Part shown: positions 8,060-15,820 of the stretch, piece by piece
Numbering within the stretch: the first letter of the stretch is position 1
Layout of the letters: every line of letters begins with the position of its first letter
Origin: Candidatus Omnitrophota bacterium
GTDB taxonomy: Bacteria; Omnitrophota; Gorgyraeia; Zapsychrales; JANLHA01
Assembly (NCBI GenBank): GCA_963662715.1
Contig: OY759724.1
Coordinates: forward strand, 2,190,001-2,222,000
DNA length: 32,000 nucleotides
Reading direction: 5' to 3'
Translations under genes and position numbers: made by a program
Notes under the pieces: generated by a model
Databases searched by the model: none
The model's input: the letters and a program-made list of their open reading frames with translations, nothing else
Told to the model about the DNA's origin: nothing

Positions 8060-10063
8060 ATGAAACAGCAGTATTTTTTTCCTTTCATAAGACGTCTTTT
8101 TATCCTTTTGATGTTTCTGAATGTCCCGTTTGTTTGTCCGGCGGAAGAAGCCCCTGATTGGTATCGGGCGCAGTCGGAGGTTGTCTCAACCCAAATGACC
8201 GGGCAGCAGGATTTTTTTAGTTTGGCGGAAAGAATGAGAAAATTGAAACCGGAGAACGGTCAGCAGGCCATGTTTAAGTTGGGTGTGCTGATGCGCGCCG
8301 GGCTGATCAAAGACGCCGGGACCGCTCTGAGGGAGTTAAAAACGCTGCATCCCGGGCTGGATAATTATCAAATCAGCGGTATTTATTATGAAGCCTGTGA
8401 TAACCTGCTGCTCTGGGACACCGCCCGGGACGTTGTTGAGGTTTTTGCGGAGAATATTTCCGAGCTGAGCCTGGACAACCGCTTGTTGAAACATTTCTTG
8501 GCTTCCGGGTGGTCTGTCGATGATGTGGACCGCTGGCTCAGGGATAAACCTGCGGGGTTAAACGGGTTTTGGACCAAGGAGCGGCTGCGTTTTAATATGA
8601 AGCACGGCCGCGGCATACCTTTGGTTCAGGAACTGGCAGGTCATGTTAAGGCCAACCCCCGGGACATCCAGGCGGCGGTTGCATTCTTAGATGCCCTGCT
8701 TTATGCCAGATATGACAGCGGTGAGACATGGGATTTATCCTGGCTCTCCACAACGATTCATCCCGAACGGGCTTCAGAGGCAGAAGCCCTGGGCTCCCGG
8801 CTTAAAAGATTATCTGAGTATCAAGCTGCGGCTGATTTTTTTCATCAGGCCGTTACGCTTCCTCTGACGGATGAAGAAACAAGACAGCGGGCGATGATGT
8901 ATCAGGCGATTATGTCTGAAGAAGCCATTCGGGCTGGTTTTTCGGTGCAGGTGCGGGAATCTCTGGCCGAATGCCTATTGGAGTTAGGGCGGAATGAAGA
9001 AGCTCAAAAATGGATGGTGGAAGCGGCGGATATCCGCGGGGAGAATTCCGGGGCATTTAATGCTCTGCTCGCGGGAGAAGTTCAGGCAGCCAGCGGGGCC
9101 AGGACCATAGAGACCCGGCTTCAGCGCAAAGAGGAGCTTTCAGAAGATGATCCGGAATACTGGTTCCAGCGGGCCAGATATTACCAGGGCCGCAAGGATG
9201 CGGGGCAGGAGGAAGAGGCGCTTAAAAAAGGCCTGGAACTGACCAGTCCTCAACCGGAAGCTGAGAGACGTTTTAAAGGTCATTTCGATTATCGCAGCCA
9301 AATGGTGTCTTCTTACGCGCTCTTTTTGAAGAGAATGCGCAGGATGGATGAAGCGGTTGCTTTTCTTCGCAGGGAAATGGAGCAGTTTCCGGCGGAGATG
9401 GCTTCAACCAAAGCCGCAGGGAATCTTCTTGCTTTTGAGTTGTTTGACCGGCTCTCCGCTGACGACCCTGTTTTATGGGAATGGCTGGCCCGCCGTCCTC
9501 AGTGGCAGTACACCGAAGAACGTTTGCTTTGGCGCATGCTGGAAAAGGCTCAGCGTCAGGATATTCATAGATATTTTGAGCAAGCGGAAAAACTGGCTTT
9601 GGGCAAAGATCCCAGCAGGATGTTTTCTCTGGGATGGATTATGAATCGAATGCAATTTGCCGAGCGGTCTATTCCGTTGCTGGCGCTGGCCATTGAGAAA
9701 GCAGATGATGCGGAGTTAAAAGGGCGGGCGGTTTTTACCTTATTGGAATCTTATTTGGATACAAATAACTGGAAAAAAGCTGAAGAAATATTCCCGGAAG
9801 CAAGTCAGCGCCTGACACCGGCTGAGGTTTCAAAGTGGCTTGGCCGGATTGCAGTCGTGGCCGCTCAAAGCGGTGAGCGGGCAGAAGCTATACGTATTTG
9901 GACGGCGGTCGCTAATATTAATCCTTATGAGTCGGGCGCCATAGACAGTCTGCTTGGGCTTGGGCTCAGGGAAGAACTTATTGATTTTTATCAGCAAATG
10001 GGTCAAAAAATGCCTGCTTCGGAGATTCCGGTTAAAATGTTAAAGCATCTGCAGCAGAAGTGA
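8060..10063 (+). CDS. Exported all-helical TPR-like repeat protein, function unknown
   Basis: The ORF track starts at TTG 7991. ATG 8060 is preferred because GGAG sits 8 nt upstream and the product then begins with a signal peptide (MKQQYFFPFIRRLFILLMFLNVPFVCPAEE). The remainder is Ala/Leu/Glu-rich with TPR-like helical-repeat periodicity. Confidence 0.65.
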   Translation: MKQQYFFPFIRRLFILLMFLNVPFVCPAEEAPDWYRAQSEVVSTQMTGQQDFFSLAERMRKLKPENGQQAMFKLGVLMRAGLIKDAGTALRELKTLHPGLDNYQISGIYYEACDNLLLWDTARDVVEVFAENISELSLDNRLLKHFLASGWSVDDVDRWLRDKPAGLNGFWTKERLRFNMKHGRGIPLVQELAGHVKANPRDIQAAVAFLDALLYARYDSGETWDLSWLSTTIHPERASEAEALGSRLKRLSEYQAAADFFHQAVTLPLTDEETRQRAMMYQAIMSEEAIRAGFSVQVRESLAECLLELGRNEEAQKWMVEAADIRGENSGAFNALLAGEVQAASGARTIETRLQRKEELSEDDPEYWFQRARYYQGRKDAGQEEEALKKGLELTSPQPEAERRFKGHFDYRSQMVSSYALFLKRMRRMDEAVAFLRREMEQFPAEMASTKAAGNLLAFELFDRLSADDPVLWEWLARRPQWQYTEERLLWRMLEKAQRQDIHRYFEQAEKLALGKDPSRMFSLGWIMNRMQFAERSIPLLALAIEKADDAELKGRAVFTLLESYLDTNNWKKAEEIFPEASQRLTPAEVSKWLGRIAVVAAQSGERAEAIRIWTAVANINPYESGAIDSLLGLGLREELIDFYQQMGQKMPASEIPVKMLKHLQQK

Positions 10064-10130
10064 ATTTGCCGGATTTTTTGAAAGGCTATGAATGTATTGT
10101 GGTTAAGAAAGAAGGGCCGATGACGTTTGT

Positions 10131-10157
10131 AAGGGGGGAGAAAGGTTTTTCCCCCTT
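10131..10157 (+). terminator. Stem-loop after the TPR gene (possible terminator, no U-tract)
   Basis: AAGGGGG...CCCCCTT arms, extendable through G-U pairs to about 12 bp. There is no T-run after it, so its function is uncertain. Confidence 0.3.
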
Positions 10158-10190
10158 GAAACGAGCTGAAAACCTTTATGAAATAATTAG

Positions 10191-10219
10191 TTGAAAAAAA
10201 AAAGATTGTTAGGTATACT
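10191..10219 (+). promoter_or_regulatory. Sigma-70-type promoter TTGAAA-17-TATACT upstream of rpsB
   Basis: -35 at 10191-10196, an exact 17-nt spacer, -10 at 10214-10219. The predicted TSS near 10226 would give a ~260-nt leader before the rpsB ATG at 10487. Confidence 0.5.
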
Positions 10220-10486
10220 ATTGAAACTATTTTTGGTCTTATAACTTCTTAGGAAAGAAGAGAGAAAAGTTATAAAAAGACCGTTTCCCGGATCGGTTTC
10301 CGGGGCAATGTCTCCAGGCTTTTTAAGCATGATCCTGGCGGCGTCCTTAAGGGACCCCAATAAGACGTCGGGCTTTGTGCTTAAGCCGGTGATGTTGATT
10401 TTAACAGACAACTCATTTATGCTCGCTTGATAAGGATGATTCCTTATGGTCCTCGTAAATGAACGGAGAACACAGGAGGAAAATTC

Positions 10487-11290
10487 ATGCCGGATGAAAT
10501 CTTAAGAACGTTGTTGGAATGCGGTGTTCATTTCGGACATCAGACCCGTCGCTGGAATCCAAAAATGAAAAAGTTTATTTTTGGGGAAAGAAGCGGCATC
10601 TACATTATTGATCTCGAGAAAACCAAAGACAGGCTTTCTATTGCTCAGGATTTTGTTCATTCTCTCGCGGCTAAAGGAGGCACGGTATTGTTTGTCGGTA
10701 CGAAGAAGCAAGCCAAGGATGTTGTTGCCCAGGTGGCCCAAAAAGCGGCGATGCCTTATATCGTGAACCGCTGGATGGGCGGATTGTTGACGAATTTTGA
10801 GACGGTACGAAAGTCCCTGGATAAATTACGCAGGATCGAAAAAATGGAGGAAGACGGGATCGTTGATAATTTAAAGAAAAAGGAAATTGCCCGTTTAAAT
10901 AAAGAAAAGAGCAAATTGTTGCGGGACCTGGGCGGAATCAGGGAAATGCACCAGCTGCCGCAGGCTGTTTTTGTCATTGACTCCAAGCGGGAAGAAATAG
11001 CTATCCGGGAAGCGGTTAAATTGAACATTCCGATTATTGCATTGTTAGACACGAATTGTGATCCCGATAATATTGATTACCCTATCCCCGGCAATGATGA
11101 CGCCTTGAAATCTATCCGTTATATTTCAACGATGATTGCGGATTCTCTTATTCAGGGCCGGAAGGAATTTATGGAGGCGAGGGAGGTTCAAAAAAAGATC
11201 GATATCTCGGAGCCTGTTGCGGAGACGGAGAATGGCGAGCCTTCCCCAGCCCCGGAAGAAGAGGCCGGCGTTGAGGAACCTCAGGAGTAG
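10487..11290 (+). CDS. rpsB: 30S ribosomal protein S2
   Basis: AGGAGGA SD 7 nt upstream. S2 signature LLECGVHFGHQTRRWNPKM and DTNCDPDNIDYPIPGNDDA. Acidic C-terminal tail. Confidence 0.97.
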   Translation: MPDEILRTLLECGVHFGHQTRRWNPKMKKFIFGERSGIYIIDLEKTKDRLSIAQDFVHSLAAKGGTVLFVGTKKQAKDVVAQVAQKAAMPYIVNRWMGGLLTNFETVRKSLDKLRRIEKMEEDGIVDNLKKKEIARLNKEKSKLLRDLGGIREMHQLPQAVFVIDSKREEIAIREAVKLNIPIIALLDTNCDPDNIDYPIPGNDDALKSIRYISTMIADSLIQGRKEFMEAREVQKKIDISEPVAETENGEPSPAPEEEAGVEEPQE

Positions 11291-11351
11291 ATAAAGCCTG
11301 CTTGAATAAAATTAATTGAGAAAGTTTATTGGTTGAAAGGAGAAAGAAACA

Positions 11352-11882
11352 ATGGCAGCTTCGTTAGAAGATATTCGAGAATTGAGAGAAATGACCTCTT
11401 GCGGTGTTATTGATTGTAAGAAAGCCTTGGAAGAGGCCGATGGAGATATGGAGAAGGCTAAGGAGATCCTGCAGAAACGCGGGCTGGAGCTCGCTGCGAA
11501 AAAGGGCAGCCGGGCAGCTCTCCAGGGACGCATTGACGCCTATGTCCACATGGGGAATAAAATTGCCGTTTTGGTGGAAGTGAATTGCGAAACGGACTTT
11601 GTGGCGAGGAATGAAGATTTTTGCCTGTTCACAAAAGATTTGGCCATGCATATTGCGGCTTTGAATCCCAAGTACATTAGAGAACAGGATATCCCGGAAG
11701 ATGTTTTGGCGGAAGCCGAAGACAAAAAGGCTTTTGTTAAAGAATTTTGCCTGTTGAATCAGCCTTTTGTAAAAGATCAAAGCAAAACAATCCAGGATTG
11801 CCTGAATGCTTTAGTGGCGAAGATTGGGGAAAATATCGTTATCAGCCGGTTTACCCGCTACAAGGTAGGGGAAGTTGCCTAG
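11352..11882 (+). CDS. tsf: Translation elongation factor Ts (short form, 176 aa)
   Basis: N-terminal UBA-like [22 protein letters not shown] and core signature [13 protein letters not shown]. Canonical position after rpsB. Confidence 0.9.
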   Translation: MAASLEDIRELREMTSCGVIDCKKALEEADGDMEKAKEILQKRGLELAAKKGSRAALQGRIDAYVHMGNKIAVLVEVNCETDFVARNEDFCLFTKDLAMHIAALNPKYIREQDIPEDVLAEAEDKKAFVKEFCLLNQPFVKDQSKTIQDCLNALVAKIGENIVISRFTRYKVGEVA

Positions 11883-12597
11883 TAAAAAAACATTGTATAA
11901 GCGTATTTTATTGAAATTAAGCGGCGAAGCCATGATGGGCCAGCAGGAGCATGGCATTGATGCTGAAATGTGCGCTTCCTTGGCCGGTCAGATAAAGGAA
12001 GTCAGCAGTTTAGGCGTATCTGTGGCTTTAGTGGTGGGGGGCGGAAATATTTTCCGCGGACAGGTTGCCTCAAAACGTTTCGGCCTTGACCGTTCCGTCG
12101 CGGATTATATGGGCATGCTGGCTACGGTCCTCAATGGCTTGGCTTTGCAGAATGCGCTTGAAAAAATGGGGGTCCCTTCCCGGGTGATGTCGGCGATTGC
12201 CATGCAGGCGGTGGCAGAACCTTATATCCGCAGGAGAGCTTTAAGACACTTGGAAAAGGGGCGGGTCGTTATTTTTGTCGCCGGGACCGGAAATCCCTAT
12301 TTCACAACGGATACAGCCGCAGCCCTGCGGGCCGCTGAGATGGATGCGGATGTTATTTTAAAAGCGACAAAAGTTGATGGCGTTTACTCAGCCGATCCGG
12401 TGGTCGACACGTCAGCCAAGAAATATTCGACCCTGAAGTTCATTGAAGTCTTGAAGAAAAATCTTAAAGTTATGGATGCGACGGCTATAAGTATGTGTAT
12501 GGACAATAATCTTCCTATCATCGTTTTCAACCTGGTGAAAACAGGTAATATCAAAAAAGTGGTCTTAGGTGAAAAAATTGGAACTATTGTGAAATAG
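11875..12597 (+). CDS. pyrH: UMP kinase
   Basis: [22 protein letters not shown] and [17 protein letters not shown] motifs. The TTG start at 11875 overlaps the tsf stop by 8 nt. An in-frame TTG at 11893 is an alternative start. Confidence 0.93.
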   Translation: MPSKKTLYKRILLKLSGEAMMGQQEHGIDAEMCASLAGQIKEVSSLGVSVALVVGGGNIFRGQVASKRFGLDRSVADYMGMLATVLNGLALQNALEKMGVPSRVMSAIAMQAVAEPYIRRRALRHLEKGRVVIFVAGTGNPYFTTDTAAALRAAEMDADVILKATKVDGVYSADPVVDTSAKKYSTLKFIEVLKKNLKVMDATAISMCMDNNLPIIVFNLVKTGNIKKVVLGEKIGTIVK

Positions 12598-12610
12598 TGA
12601 GGAACGCCCT

Positions 12611-13174
12611 ATGAACATGAAAGAAATTCACAAAGACACTGAAACTAAAATGAAAAAAGCCGTTGAGGCTGTAAGCAGGGAATTTAATGAGGTCCGCACC
12701 GGGAGGGCTCATCCAGGACTGATTGAGGGGCTGCACGTGAATTACTACGGCAATTTAACATTGTTGAAACAGATGGCCTCCATATCGGTCCCGGACCCGA
12801 AGACGGTTGTTATTCAGCCATGGGATCCGAGTGCTATTTCTGATATTGAAAAAGCGATCATGAATTCCAAGCTGGGTGTGATGCCGAATAATGACGGGAA
12901 AATTATCCGGCTGAATATTCCGCCTTTATCTACGGAAAGAAGAGAGGAAATGAAGAAAGTCGTAAAAGATATGGCCGAGCACGGACGGATTTCTGTGCGA
13001 ACCATACGCCGTGAATCGAATGAAATAGTTAAGAAAGCACAGCATGATCATTTAATTGCTGAAGACGACAGCTTCCGCGGACAGGAAGATATTCAGAAGC
13101 TGACCGATAAATATATCAAAGAAATTGACGCTATCCTTTCTGCCAAGAGCAAGGATCTGGAAGAATTTCATTAA
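12611..13174 (+). CDS. frr: Ribosome recycling factor
   Basis: GAGGAA SD upstream. VRTGRAHPGLIEGLHVNYYG and IRLNIPPLSTERREE motifs. Canonical rpsB-tsf-pyrH-frr order. Confidence 0.95.
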   Translation: MNMKEIHKDTETKMKKAVEAVSREFNEVRTGRAHPGLIEGLHVNYYGNLTLLKQMASISVPDPKTVVIQPWDPSAISDIEKAIMNSKLGVMPNNDGKIIRLNIPPLSTERREEMKKVVKDMAEHGRISVRTIRRESNEIVKKAQHDHLIAEDDSFRGQEDIQKLTDKYIKEIDAILSAKSKDLEEFH

Positions 13175-13216
13175 TTTACGTAAGGCAGTATCGTTCTTTG
13201 TTATCGCTGATTTTTT

Positions 13217-13289
13217 GACCCACTAGCTCATCCGGTAGAGCACAGCCCTTTTAAGGCTGGTGTGCCGCGTTCGAGTCGCGGGTGGGTCA
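13217..13289 (+). tRNA. tRNA-Lys (anticodon UUU)
   Basis: 73-nt cloverleaf read by eye:
- acceptor GACCCAC/GTGGGTC
- D-arm containing GGTAGAGC
- anticodon stem CAGCC/GGCTG with loop CT-TTT-AA
- T-arm CCGCG-TTCGAGT-CGCGG
- discriminator A
The 3' CCA is not encoded. Confidence 0.92.
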
Positions 13290-13395
13290 CTTATTTTCAA
13301 AATAAGAAATGTCCTTTAGAATGACGTGTTTGATATTTTAGGGTGAAAAGACATTGAATGGCAGGAACATCGCCTTCTCGGTATAAATCTCTAAA

Positions 13396-13477
13396 GGGCG
13401 GATGGCGGAATTGGTAGACGCGCATGCCTTAGGAGCATGTGGGGTGACTCGTGGAGGTTCAAGTCCTCTTCCGCCCA
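13396..13477 (+). tRNA. tRNA-Leu (anticodon UAG)
   Basis: 82-nt class II tRNA:
- acceptor GGGCGGA/TCCGCCC
- anticodon stem CATGC/GCATG with loop CT-TAG-GA
- long variable arm
- T-arm GGAGG-TTCAAGT-CCTCT
- discriminator A
The CCA is not encoded. Confidence 0.9.
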
Positions 13478-13564
13478 CAAAAAGATCTGCCCGGCGATTT
13501 TGATTCCCGGGTGTCTGAAAGGATATTTCAAGTTTTGTTGATGCAGAATATTACTTCTGATAAC

Positions 13565-13593
13565 TTGAATAAATTTTCAGATTAAGTTATAAT
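13565..13593 (+). promoter_or_regulatory. Sigma-70-type promoter TTGAAT-17-TATAAT upstream of tRNA-Gly
   Basis: -35 at 13565-13570, a 17-nt spacer and a consensus -10 at 13588-13593. The tRNA begins about 27 nt downstream. Confidence 0.5.
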
Positions 13594-13619
13594 TCAACAA
13601 AATATCATTATTATCATTT

Positions 13620-13693
13620 GCGGCGGTAATTCAGTTGGCTAGAATGCCACCTTGCCAAGGTGGATGTCGTGGGTTCGAATCCCATCCGCCGCT
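13620..13693 (+). tRNA. tRNA-Gly (anticodon GCC)
   Basis: 74-nt cloverleaf:
- acceptor GCGGCGG/CCGCCGC
- anticodon stem CCACC/GGTGG with loop TT-GCC-AA
- T-arm GTGGG-TTCGAAT-CCCAT
- discriminator T followed by a T-run
The CCA is not encoded. Confidence 0.92.
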
Positions 13694-13776
13694 TTTTTAA
13701 AAAAGAGAACAATTATTTTTTCCTGGGCCGGATTTTTTAGCGCACTTTAATGTTTTGTTGTACGGAGGAGTAGGGT

Positions 13777-14247
13777 ATGAATATTAGCGAATTCTTGTGT
13801 AAAGAAGCTATCACGGCTGATCTGAAGTCGAAAACCAAAAAAGAAATTATAGAAGAGCTTGTGGATCTTCTTATTAAAGCAGATGCGATAGAGAAGAAAA
13901 TCAAATCAAAATTGATAGAAATCCTTCTGGCCCGAGAAGCTTTAGGATCTACCGCCATAGGGCAAGGCATCGCCATCCCTCACGGCAAGTGCGAAAGTGT
14001 CACTCAATTGACGGCGGCCTTGGGGATCAGCAAGAGCGGTGTCAATTTTGATTCTCTCGACGGAGAACCGGCTTTTATTTTTTTCCTCTTGGTCGCTCCG
14101 ATTGACTCAGCTGGCCCTCACTTGAAAGCCTTAGCGAAGATTTCCCGATTGCTGAAAGATAAGTATTTTCGTGATAATTTGAAGAATGCTCAAGACGAAA
14201 AGGCTATCTTGAAGTTGATTGATCTTGAAGATAACCAAAAGATATAA
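13777..14247 (+). CDS. ptsN: PTS EIIA-Ntr-type (fructose/mannitol-family EIIA) regulatory protein
   Basis: GGAGGAG SD upstream. 156 aa with the phosphorylatable-His motif IGQGIAIPHGK and the FIFFLLVAP segment typical of PtsN. Confidence 0.85.
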   Translation: MNISEFLCKEAITADLKSKTKKEIIEELVDLLIKADAIEKKIKSKLIEILLAREALGSTAIGQGIAIPHGKCESVTQLTAALGISKSGVNFDSLDGEPAFIFFLLVAPIDSAGPHLKALAKISRLLKDKYFRDNLKNAQDEKAILKLIDLEDNQKI

Positions 14248-14263
14248 TCCTTATCTCTTTGAT

Positions 14264-15502
14264 ATGCCGACTAATTTGATTAAATGGCTTTATCCCGGCA
14301 TGAGAATCAAGCGGTGGTTTTTTACCTCTGTTCTTGGCGTGGGAGTTGTTGCCGGGGGGGCTGTAGCTTTCGCTTCGCGTTATATGCTCGTTCGTTTTTT
14401 TGGCGTTATCATCGTCTTGTGCGGTATTGTTCTGACTGTCATGGGCATAGGCAAGATGATCGTTTCTTTGATAACATTATTCCTGCCGAAAGGTGAAAGA
14501 GAACTTGTTAATATCCTTTATCAGAAACGTTTCCTGGAGCGGGGGCCTAAAATTGTCGCCGTCGGAGGGGGACATGGCCTGTCGCATCTGATTCTGGGAT
14601 TGAAGGAGTACACATCCAACATTACGGCGATTGTCACTGTTGCGGACAGCGGGGGATCTTCCGGAAGATTAAGAGAGGAATTTAATATCGTGGCTCCGGG
14701 GGATATCCGGAATTGTCTGGTGGCTTTGGCCGATGCTCCTGCTTTAATGGCGGATTTGTTTCAATTCCGTTTTTCGAAAGAGTCTCAGTTGCAGGGGCAT
14801 AATTTCGGAAATCTTTTTCTGACAGCTATGGTTCAGGTGACCGGTGATTTTGAAAAGGCTGTAAAGGAATCCAGTAAAGTTTTGGCGATTCGCGGGAAAG
14901 TCATCCCTTCCACGGTTCACAATGTCCATTTAGTCGCCGAGTATGAAGATTCGTCCATTACTGAAGGAGAGGCGAAAATTCCCCGGAAGGGTGTTAAGAT
15001 TAAGCGGGTTTTTTTAAAGCCGAGTAATGCCACCCCGACCGCGGAAGCGTTGGAAGCTATCCGGGAGGCAGAGATTATTGTCCTGGGGCCGGGAAGCCTT
15101 TATACAAGTGTGATTCCCAATCTTCTTATTAAGGAACTCAGCGATGCTATTGCTGAGTCCAGTGCTTACAAGATTTATGTCTGTAATGTTATGACGCAGC
15201 AGGGAGAGTCGGAAGGTTATACGGCGAGTGATCACGTGGAGGCCATTGTTCAGCATTCTCACAAAAATATCATTAACGCCTGCCTGGTTAATTCAGCAGA
15301 AGTCCCTCCGGAAGCTCAGGGACGATATAAGTCTGAAGATTCCTTCCCGGTTATCGCTGACGGCGGGCGCATCAGGGATATGGGATTTGAGGCGGTTGAA
15401 ACAGACCTTTTAAGTGTAACGGATTACGTCCGGCATGATTCTGTCAAATTGACTAAAGCTTTGATTAAACTTATTGAAAAGTATCGCGTTTTAAAGCGGT
15501 AA
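14264..15502 (+). CDS. YvcK/CofD-family protein (gluconeogenesis factor / UDP-sugar-binding morphogenetic factor) with an N-terminal double transmembrane anchor
   Basis: The ORF track starts at TTG 14219, overlapping ptsN. ATG 14264 is preferred. Family motifs IVAVGGGHGLSHL, VTVADSGGSSGRLR and LGPGSLYTSVIPNLL. About 55 N-terminal residues form two hydrophobic helices. Confidence 0.82.
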   Translation: MPTNLIKWLYPGMRIKRWFFTSVLGVGVVAGGAVAFASRYMLVRFFGVIIVLCGIVLTVMGIGKMIVSLITLFLPKGERELVNILYQKRFLERGPKIVAVGGGHGLSHLILGLKEYTSNITAIVTVADSGGSSGRLREEFNIVAPGDIRNCLVALADAPALMADLFQFRFSKESQLQGHNFGNLFLTAMVQVTGDFEKAVKESSKVLAIRGKVIPSTVHNVHLVAEYEDSSITEGEAKIPRKGVKIKRVFLKPSNATPTAEALEAIREAEIIVLGPGSLYTSVIPNLLIKELSDAIAESSAYKIYVCNVMTQQGESEGYTASDHVEAIVQHSHKNIINACLVNSAEVPPEAQGRYKSEDSFPVIADGGRIRDMGFEAVETDLLSVTDYVRHDSVKLTKALIKLIEKYRVLKR

Positions 15503-15556
15503 AACAGAAGAAAACATTTTACGCGCGGGAGCAATCCGGGTGTTTTTACGACGATT

Positions 15557-15820
15557 ATGCCAAAGATAGAAAAAGAGCTCGAAGTAATGAACGCTCAGGG
15601 ACTTCATGCACGTCCCGCCGCTCTTTTTGTGCAAATTGCGGCAAAATATGATTCGACCGTTACGGTCAGCAAAGACGGGGAAAGCGTCAACGGAAAGTCC
15701 ATTATGGGTATCTTGATGCTGGGGGCAGAGCAGCATAGTAAAATACATGTTTCTGCTGATGGAGAAGATGCCGAAAAAGTTGTTCAAGAATTAGAGGAAT
15801 TTTTAAGTAAAAATGAATGA
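15557..15820 (+). CDS. ptsH: Phosphocarrier protein HPr
   Basis: 87 aa. Active-site His in NAQGLHARPAA and the regulatory Ser context VNGKSIMGIL. The stop overlaps the ptsI start by 8 nt. Confidence 0.92.
   Translation: MPKIEKELEVMNAQGLHARPAALFVQIAAKYDSTVTVSKDGESVNGKSIMGILMLGAEQHSKIHVSADGEDAEKVVQELEEFLSKNE

Noticed and set aside
10187-10411. A 74-aa minus-strand ORF in the spacer upstream of rpsB.
   Set aside because: It has a TTG start, no SD and a low-complexity product. It lies antisense to a region better explained as a structured rpsB leader driven by the 10191-10219 promoter.
13694-13776. A sigma-54 promoter upstream of ptsN (TGGGCC...TTTAGC), and another within the repeat (GGGCAC-N5-GGAAT).
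   Set aside because: The GG to GC spacing is 12-13 nt rather than 10 in the first case. The -12 TTGC element is missing in the second.
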